Of a stretch of DNA of 64,000 nt, positions 55,533 through 64,000 are shown in pieces. A program made the translations under genes and the position numbers. Position 1 is the stretch's first letter. The number at the start of each line of letters is the position of its first letter. The notes under the pieces were generated by a model, which was not told the DNA's origin, did no database searches, and saw only the letters and a program-made list of their open reading frames with translations. Source of the stretch: Piromyces finnis finn (Eukaryota > Fungi > Neocallimastigomycota); contig MCFH01000014.1 in the NCBI GenBank assembly GCA_002104945.1, positions 620,001-684,000 of the forward strand. Direction: 5' to 3'.

Positions 55533-55790
55533 TTTTTATAAATTTTAATATTATAGTATTATTTTCAATATTCATTTTTATAAATTTTAATATTATAGTA
55601 TTATTTTCAATATTCATTTTTATAAATTTTAATATTATAGTATTATTTTCAATATTCATTTTTATAAATTTTAATATTATAGTATTATTTTCAATATTCA
55701 TTTTTATAATTTTAATATTATAGTATTATTTTCAATATTCATTTTTATAATTTTAATATTATAGTATTATTTTCAATATTCATTTTTATA
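55533..55790. repeat. 42/41-bp tandem repeat, 6 full copies plus a partial, abutting the EEP-jacalin start
   Basis: Unit tttttataaattttaatattatagtattattttcaatattca starts at 55533, 55575, 55617 and 55659 (42 bp), 55701 and 55742 (41 bp), with a partial copy at 55783. Confidence 0.96.
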
Positions 55791-57067
55791 GTATAATAAA
55801 AAAAATTGATATTTAAATAAAAATTAAATTTCATTATAATCTAACTACTTACGAAATTTCATATTTTTTTTGCCAATTAATATATTTATAATTAATAAAT
55901 TTGTTAATTCCAATAGTTTATATTTAGTTTAATCTTTACAATTTATATATTTATATTATTTTTTTTTAAGTATTGTTTGTTTGTTTTTTTTTGTTGTCCT
56001 TTTCCTTTTGAAAAAGAAAAATTCTATTACAAATTTTATACTACAAAAGAAAAAAGGTGGAAAAAGAAAGAACTTTTAATATTTTTTTTGTTTGTTTCAA
56101 ATAAAATTTAATCTTTTTATTATTCTAAATATTGTTAGTCTTGTGTAACATTTTAATGAAACATATTTGATTTTAATTTTAATTAATATTAATTAAATTA
56201 ATTAATTTATTAAAAAATAATTAAAAATTGATTATAATAAAGTTTGAAATTTTCCATTAAAATAAAATAATACTTAATATTGTTTAAAGAAAAAAATTAT
56301 AATATTTCTTTCAATACATTATTTAAAATGGTAAGATCTTTTCTTTAATTATCAACCATTGTTACTATGATATTTTATCTTTATAATAAGTTACTCTTCC
56401 CTTTCACTTTTTTCTGTTAAAAAAAATTAAATTCATTGAAGTAAAAAAAAAAAAAATAAAAATAAATCCATTTAATTAAATTATAATTAATTTTTTGTGT
56501 ACCATGTAATTATTTAAATTCTAATATTAATTAAAGTTCTAAATTTTATTGGGCGGCATTTTTAATATTTTTAAAGTTTATGATTAATAAAATAAATTAC
56601 CGCATTTTTTTAATCAATACCATTTTTTAAAAATTTACCCAATAAAACCAACAGAAATCATTTATGATGAATGGAGAAACACCAATTAAAACTTTTAAAT
56701 AAAGAATTCTATACTCTTTATGTTTCACCTAAAAGAAAAATAATAATAAAAAAAAATGTAACTCCAGAAAACTTGGACAAGGAATATGGATAAAAATAGT
56801 CAAAAATAGCCATTATTACTATTTTCTAATTATTCCATTATTATTATCAATAGTAGTAATAGAAGTATTGATTGATAATGAAGATGAATAATAATTCATT
56901 GAATTATTATTATTATTATTAATACTTTTATAATAATACACAATACACGAGTAATAATTCAATGGTAAATCAATGAAACTAATACTAAAGTAATATTTTA
57001 TTTTTAGTTTTTAAAAAAAAAAAGTTTACCAACTGGGGCAATATTATTATTATTGATTATCATTTAT

Positions 57068-57305
57068 CACTAGTTATATTACTATTAGTAGTAGTAGTAG
57101 TAGTAGTAGTAGTGTCATTCATTATTATTCTCTAGTTATATTATTATTATTAGTAGTAGTAGTAGTAGTGTCATTCATTATTATTTTCTAGTTATATTAT
57201 TATTAGTAGTAGTAGTAGTAGTAGTAGTGTCATTCATTATTATTTTCTAGTTATATTACTATTATTATTAGTAGTAGTAGTAGTAGTAGTAGTAATAGTA
57301 ATAGT
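57068..57305. repeat. Compound minisatellite: ~57-60 bp unit containing a variable (TAG)n core, ~4 copies
   Basis: Repeated ctagttatatta(c/t)tatta(gta)n-gtgtcattcattattatt(c/t)t with differing triplet counts per unit. Confidence 0.9.
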
Positions 57306-57942
57306 ATCCTTATGATTATCATTTATCACTATTTTCTAATTGTATTATTAAATTTTTTCAGTACTTTGTAATTTTATCGTCATTTTATTGCTAATTTAAA
57401 TATACCATTTGTGATATTCTTTAAATTATTATGATACAGACTTTTGTATATTTATTGTATCTGATTTTATTTGAAAGCGCTAATATAATGGCTAATCCCT
57501 AACATTAACTTTAAAAATTTATCTTTAAAATATTAACATTGACCTTTTTTTTTATACAAAAAAAGTAAAAAACTAAAAGAAATAATAAAAAACCAATACT
57601 TCTAAAAAAAAAAAAAAATAAAATATTTTTTATGTCTAATTTATATATCCCCATTTAAAAAAAAAAAAAAAAAGTAATTTAACATCTTTATTAAAAACTA
57701 TTTTTTATTAACGATATATTTATGTTAATTTATATTTATATATACATTTATACATTATTGATAGATATAAACATTTTATTATATTGATTATTGATTATTC
57801 AATAAATGCTTATATTTGGTATAATTATTAAGAGAGATAGAAATATCAAATTTTTTAAATATCTTTCTCTATAGTTTTTTTTTTTTTTTTTTTCTTATTT
57901 AAATATTCACTTATATTGGAATAGGAAATATATATTTTAAAT

Positions 57943-59106
57943 TTATTCGTAACAGTTCTTTAAGATTTCTAAGATTTCTTCGTGGGTAACCTTCTTGTAA
58001 CCACCACCTAAGATACATGAGTTAGCAATATCTGGTAACATTTCCTTAGTAGCTCCAAGTTCCTTAAGTGTGGTAATCATACCACATTCCTTAGCAAACT
58101 TTTCCATACAATCAATACCTTCAAGAGCAACTTGTTCATCGGTCTTACCAATGGCATCAACACCCCAAACTTCCTTAGCAAAACGAACAAACTTTGGAAG
58201 ACCGAACTTGTAGATGTAACGATAGTATGGCATAGAAATAGCACATAATCCCATACCGTGAGCACAGTTAGTGTAAGCACTAAGTTGGTGTTCAATCATA
58301 TGAACTTCCCAATCTTGGGTCTTTGATTTTCCGGCAATACCACATAATGCCATGGTAGAACACCACATAATATTACTTCTGGCTTCATAATCTAATGGGT
58401 TTTTAACAGCAATCTTAGTAGCATTAATGATACTTTTGTAAATACCTTCAATAAGGTAATCAGAAGTGTTATCATCATCACCAGAGAAGTATTGTTCCAT
58501 CAAGTGGGACATACAATCAAAGATACCACTAACCATTTGGTATTTAGAAAGAGTGTAAGTGTATTCTGGGTTTAAGATAGAGAAATCTGGGTTAAATAAA
58601 TCAGTAGCATTCTTAATCTTATTATCAGTATCGCTAATAACACTACCAGCATCCATTTCACTACCAGTACCAACCATAGTAAGAACAGTACCAAGTGGAA
58701 CAATCTTATTCTTATGTAATGGTTCATGATTAACCCAATAGCTCTTGAAAACATCATCACCATCGTAATAAGCGGCAACAGACATACCCTTGGCACAATC
58801 AATAACACTACCACCACCAACTGCTAAAACTAAATCAACATCATTATCTCTAATAGTTTTTGCACCTTCAAGCATTTTACTTAAAGCTGGATTTGGTAAA
58901 ACATCTTTACATTCAAAAACTTCCTTATCACATTTCTTTAAAATGGCAATAACCTTATCGTAGATACCATTCTTTTTGATGGAACCACCACCATAGGCAA
59001 GTAAAATTCTTTTTCCATATTTTTTTAATTCAGTTTCTAAATTATCTAAAGAATCCTTACCAAAGTAAATCTTGGTTGGATTATGGAAAGTAAAATCATA
59101 CTTCAT
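57943..59106 (-). CDS. Iron-containing alcohol dehydrogenase, BdhA/YqhD type (copy 2), intronless
   Basis: 387 aa with the same GGGS, GGGSVIDCAK, FDCMSH and VHMIEHQLSAYTNCAH motifs. Confidence 0.95.
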   Translation of the reverse strand: MKYDFTFHNPTKIYFGKDSLDNLETELKKYGKRILLAYGGGSIKKNGIYDKVIAILKKCDKEVFECKDVLPNPALSKMLEGAKTIRDNDVDLVLAVGGGSVIDCAKGMSVAAYYDGDDVFKSYWVNHEPLHKNKIVPLGTVLTMVGTGSEMDAGSVISDTDNKIKNATDLFNPDFSILNPEYTYTLSKYQMVSGIFDCMSHLMEQYFSGDDDNTSDYLIEGIYKSIINATKIAVKNPLDYEARSNIMWCSTMALCGIAGKSKTQDWEVHMIEHQLSAYTNCAHGMGLCAISMPYYRYIYKFGLPKFVRFAKEVWGVDAIGKTDEQVALEGIDCMEKFAKECGMITTLKELGATKEMLPDIANSCILGGGYKKVTHEEILEILKNCYE

Positions 59107-60469
59107 TTTGAATTTTTAAAAAATTAATAATTATTTAAAAAAGTAAATTTTGTTATTTAATTATAATAGTAAGAAAATTTATTTAATTTATATAAATTTT
59201 AATTACATTTTAATTACATTTTAATTACATTAATTTAAATTATACCACCCAATCAACATGATCCATTATTTTAATTTATTAATGGACTATTTTCCGCTAT
59301 GGATGAAACATAAAAGCATAATTTGTAATATTAGTAATATTAGTAATATTAGTATTCATTTGCCTTTTCCATTTTAATAGAAAAAAATATCAACTTCAAT
59401 TTAGCAGAGTTTAGCAGAGAACAAAGGGAAAATAAGTTTAATAGTCTAAATATTCTCAAAAAAAATGTTTGAAATAAAAAAAGAAAAAAAAAAAAAAAAG
59501 AGAAATTGTAGATTATTACTATTCCTTCATTAAATATTCATTTGAAAAAAAAAAAAAAGTAATTCCGCTTCCATAAAGAAAATAATAGAAAAAAAGAAAA
59601 AAAAAAAAAAGTTTATTTAGAGTCAATCGATAGAAAAAAAATTTTTTTAATGTCAATGAACTAACCACTCATTTTCCTTTAATTTATTAGAAAATAGGTA
59701 GTAGAATTCGATGTCAATATTATAATTATTATAAATAATAATCCATACAATATTATACATTATTATATACACTTTATACACATATAGTATATATATACAA
59801 TATATACAATATATAATAATAAAAAGATTAATAAACAAGTTATTACTCTATTTAATAGTAATCCCTTTTTTTTTTTTGATCTATGAGTATGATAAACTTT
59901 CTTTTATTATATTCATTTTATTTATTATGGTTATTATGGTTTTCTCTTTAATTTTTAAAAAAACTTTATAAAAGTGTTTTTTTTTTTTAATACTTTTAAT
60001 AAATAGTTTTACTTTGGTGTATTAAATAAAATATAAAATATTGTTTTAATTCCACTTAAATATCATAATTAGTAAAACTACTTGTTGATATATATATATA
60101 AATAATATAAAATGAATAATACAACATAAACATAAATGCTCAGTTATAAAAGGAATATTATAACTTCAATTAGTCGAAATTCTTTTTTTTGATGAATTCT
60201 TTAAACATACATTTTAGGCAACTCCAACTCTTTTTTTTCTTTTCTATGATTTACAATACTCTTTTTTTAGATGTTAATAATTTTTAGATATAACTGTCCA
60301 TACAATTCATTCTATTAATCTTTTTTTCTAATTTTATATTTATATAAATAAAAAAAAAAAAATGGATATCTCTCCGCAATACCTATATCTATATATTATG
60401 TATATTTTTAATTATAATTATTCCTTTAAAAAATAATTGTAATTATAATGTAGAATACTTTTATATTTG
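59100..60469. repeat. Copy A of a near-identical ~1.4 kb segment upstream of ADH copies 2 and 3 (matches 62603-64000)
   Basis: The sequence can be followed base-for-base in both copies (e.g. tataccacccaatc, ggactattttccgctatggatg, ttagcagagtttagcagag, gatatctctccgcaatacc). Differences are mostly homopolymer lengths and a few small indels. Confidence 0.95.
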
Positions 60470-61436
60470 TATTCCATTCTACAAAAACTTTAAAATTTTT
60501 ATTCCATTTCATATATGTGTATTTATGCATACAGAATGTATCTATTATATTTAATTGTAAATACATTCCACAACAGTAAAAGTATGAATGAAATAAAATA
60601 TTATTACACCACATAACCTGTAATAATCAATATACAGAATATTAGAAAACTCTATAAATATTTTAATTACTAACAAAACTTAATATTTTATTATTTGATG
60701 AATAAATTGTTATGACAAACTATTTATCTTTTCCAAAAAAAAACAATGGCCTTTTATTTAGTTCCATCAACCATACATTTTGAAATGATTATTAAATATT
60801 ATATATATCATTTTAGGTATATTTCCCAATTTATCCTTTTTTGCCTTTCTTTTTATATATAATTTATTAAAAATATTTTAATTCAAAATGACTATTTTTA
60901 CAAGAAAAAAAATATATACTTTTCGTTTCATTTTATTTTTCAACTCTATAAAAGTGTCATCATGTATTAATAAAATAAAATAATATACTATAAATAACCA
61001 AAACTATAAAATATTAAATTTTTATTACTTACCAAACTTTACACAATTAAAAGGCTTCTTTTCTATTACTTTTAAAATAACAATACCCTTAAAAATGAAC
61101 ATCTATATTTACACACAAAATTTTAATAACTTATTTTTTAAAACTATTTTTTTTTATTTTATTTTATTTATTTTATTTGCATTTTATGATTTTATGATAT
61201 ACGATTTTTAAATGTTATTTTACAGATATTATTTACGTTTATTCGTTTATTTACATATTTTATTGTAATTGTTGTTGTTTATTGAATGACTTTTCATAGT
61301 TTATTCTTTTTTTTTTAATTCCTTGTAAAATTTTTTAAAATTTTAAAAAGAATTTTATACTCAATATATAAAACCTTTAATATATATATTGAATATGTAT
61401 GTTTCATTTATCAAGATTATACATTATAATCTAAAT

Positions 61437-62609
61437 TTATTCGTAACAGTTCTTTAAGATTTCTAAGATTTCTTCGTGGGTAACTTCCTTGTAACCACCA
61501 CCTAAGATACATGAGTTAGCAATATCTGGTAACATTTCCTTAGTAGCTCCAAGTTCCTTAAGAGTAGTAACCATACCACATTCCTTAGCAAACTTTTCCA
61601 TACAATCAATACCTTCAAGAGCAACTTGTTCATCAGTCTTACCAGTGGCATCAACCTTCCAGATTTCCTTAGCGAAACGGACAAACTTATGAAGACCGAA
61701 CTTGTAGATGTAACGGTAGTATGGCATAGAAATAGCACATAATCCCATACCGTGAGCACAGTCAGTGTAAGCACTAAGTTGGTGTTCAATCATGTGAACT
61801 TCCCAATCTTGAGTCTTAGAACAAGCAACTAATTGATTTAAGGCAACAGTAGCATCCCACATAATGTTACTTCTAGCTTCGTAGTTAGTTGGATCTTCAA
61901 TAGCAATCTTAACTGCACGAATAACATTCTTGTAAATACCTTCAATAAGGTAATCAGAAGTGTTGTCATCATCACCAGAGAAGTATTGTTCCATTAAGTG
62001 AGACATAATATCGAAAACACCACTAACCATTTGGTACTTTGGAACAGTGTATGTGAATTCTGGGTTTAAGATAGAGAACTTTGGATAAACAATTGGTGGG
62101 AAAACTCTACCATTCTTAATCTTGTTAACAGTATCACTAATAACACTTCCACCGTTCATTTCACTACCAGTACCAACCATGGTAAGAACGGAAGCAACTG
62201 GAACAAGCTTGTGATCACCTAATGGAGCACAGTCAACCCAGTAACGTTGGAAGACATCATCACCTTCGTAGTGAGAAGCAACAGAAATACCCTTGGCACA
62301 GTCAACAACACTACCACCACCAACAGCTAAAATTAAGTCAACATTGTTTTCTCTGACTAACTTGGCTCCTTCAAGCATCTTGCTTAAAGCTGGATTTGGT
62401 AAAATACCACTGCATTCAATGACATTCTTGTTGCATTTATTTAAAATGGCAATAACTTTATCGTAGATACCATTCCTCTTAATGGAACCACCACCGTAAG
62501 CAAGTAAAATGTTCTTACCGTAGTTGTTTAACTCGGCTTCTAAATTATTTAAAGAATCCTTACCAAAGTAAATCTTAGTAGCGTTTTGGAATGAAAAGTC
62601 GTACTTCAT
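61437..62609 (-). CDS. Iron-containing alcohol dehydrogenase, BdhA/YqhD type (copy 3), intronless
   Basis: 390 aa. YGGGSIKR, GGGSVVDCAK, GSEMNGGSVI, FDIMSH, MWDATVALN and VHMIEHQLSAYTDCAH. Confidence 0.95.
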   Translation of the reverse strand: MKYDFSFQNATKIYFGKDSLNNLEAELNNYGKNILLAYGGGSIKRNGIYDKVIAILNKCNKNVIECSGILPNPALSKMLEGAKLVRENNVDLILAVGGGSVVDCAKGISVASHYEGDDVFQRYWVDCAPLGDHKLVPVASVLTMVGTGSEMNGGSVISDTVNKIKNGRVFPPIVYPKFSILNPEFTYTVPKYQMVSGVFDIMSHLMEQYFSGDDDNTSDYLIEGIYKNVIRAVKIAIEDPTNYEARSNIMWDATVALNQLVACSKTQDWEVHMIEHQLSAYTDCAHGMGLCAISMPYYRYIYKFGLHKFVRFAKEIWKVDATGKTDEQVALEGIDCMEKFAKECGMVTTLKELGATKEMLPDIANSCILGGGYKEVTHEEILEILKNCYE

Positions 62610-64000
62610 TTTGAATTTTTAAAATTAATAATTATTTAAAAAGTAGATTATTTAATTATCAATAAACAATTAATTAAAAAAAGAAAGAAAATTTATTAAT
62701 TTATATAAATTTTAATTACATTTTAATTACATTTTAATTACATTAATTTAAATTATACCACCCAATCAGCATGATCCATTATTTTCTACGTGTTTAATTA
62801 TTAATTCAACATTTTTAATTTATTAATGGACTATTTTCCGCTATGGATGAAACATAAAAGCATAATTTGTAATATTAGTAATATTAGTAATATTAGTATT
62901 CATTTGCCTTTTCCATTTTAATAGAAAAAAATATCAACTTCAATTTAGCAGAGTTTAGCAGAGAACAAAGGGAAAATAAGTTTAATAGTCTAAATATTCT
63001 CAAAAAAAATGTTTGAAATAAAAAAAGAAAAAAAAAAAAAAAAGAGAAATTGTAGATTATTACTATTCCTTCATTAAATATTCATTTGAAAAAAAAAAAA
63101 AAAGTAATTCCGCTTCCATAAAGAAAATAATAGAAAAAGAAAAAAAAAAAAAGTTTATTTAGAGTCAATCGATAGAAAAAAAATTTTTTTAATGTCAATG
63201 AACTAACCACTCATTTTCCTTTAATTTATTAGAAAATAGGTAGTAGAATTCGATGTCAATATTATAATTATTATAAATAATAATCCATACAATATTATAC
63301 ATTATTATATACACTTTATACACATATAGTATATATATACAATATATACAATATATAATAATAAAAAGATTAATAAACAAGTTATTACTCTATTTAATAG
63401 TAATCCCTTTTTTTTTGATCTATGAGTATGATAAACTTTCTTTTATTATATTCATTTTAATTATTATGGTTTTCTCTTTAATTTTTAAAAAACTTTATAA
63501 AAGTGTTTTTTTTTTTTTAATACTTTTAATAAATAGTTTTACTTTGGTGTATTAAATAAAATATAAAATATTGTTTTAATTCCACTTAAATATCATAATT
63601 AGTAAAACTACTTGTTGATATATATATATATAAATAATATAAAATGAATAATACAACATAAACATAAATGCTCAGTTATAAAAGGAATATTATAACTTCA
63701 ATTAGTCGAAATTCTTTTTTTTGATGAATTCTTTAAACATACATTTTAGGCAACTCCAACTCTTTTTTTTCTTTTCTATGATTTACAATACTCTTTTTTA
63801 GATGTTAATAATTTTTAGATATAACTGTCCATACAATTCATTCTATTAATCTTTTTTTCTAATTTTATATTTATATAAATAAAAAAAAAAAAAATGGATA
63901 TCTCTCCGCAATACCTATATCTATATATTATGTATATTTTTAATTATAATTATTCCTTTAAAAAATAATTGTAATAATAATGTAGAATACTTTTATATTT
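62603..64000. repeat. Copy B of the duplicated ADH upstream segment (runs off the window end)
   Basis: Matches 59100-60469 and is still aligned at the last base of the window. Confidence 0.95.

Noticed and set aside
56636-56700. PTEIIYDEWRN resembling an IS1595/Merlin transposase fragment
   Set aside because: Only about 12 residues, with no inverted repeats, target-site duplication or other catalytic motifs.
55533-57305. CRISPR-like reading of the 42-bp and ~58-bp repeats
   Set aside because: Units are head-to-tail with no unique spacers, no cas genes are present, and the DNA is eukaryotic.
59653-63380. Identical 61-aa ORFs at 59653-59838 and 63195-63380
   Set aside because: Identity is explained by the upstream duplication. 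The starts are non-ATG and the AT-rich I/Y/N composition is typical of non-coding DNA.

Overview
Extremely AT-rich eukaryotic DNA with GT-AG introns, long homopolymers and microsatellites. The composition and gene content suggest an anaerobic gut fungus (Neocallimastigomycota); this is an inference. Positions 1-51.4 kb hold mostly intron-rich genes: PNO1 3' end, a PLP-dependent serine dehydratase-like gene, SUMO E1 subunit AOS1, a small orphan, a type I membrane protein with an EGF-like motif, an intronless 1839-aa LisH-CTLH-WD40 protein, a FAM114-like gene, a p24 cargo receptor, a MAP kinase kinase, an Asn-rich DUF2458-like gene and IPI1/TEX10. The last 12 kb are an accessory block of four intronless, bacterial-type genes on the minus strand. 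Three are diverging, mosaic iron-containing (BdhA/YqhD-type) alcohol dehydrogenases and one is an EEP phosphoesterase fused to a jacalin-like lectin. The block also has a 42-bp ATG-bearing tandem array directly upstream of the EEP gene and a near-identical ~1.4 kb upstream duplication. Exon structures were reconstructed by eye, so gene spans include introns and boundaries are approximate.
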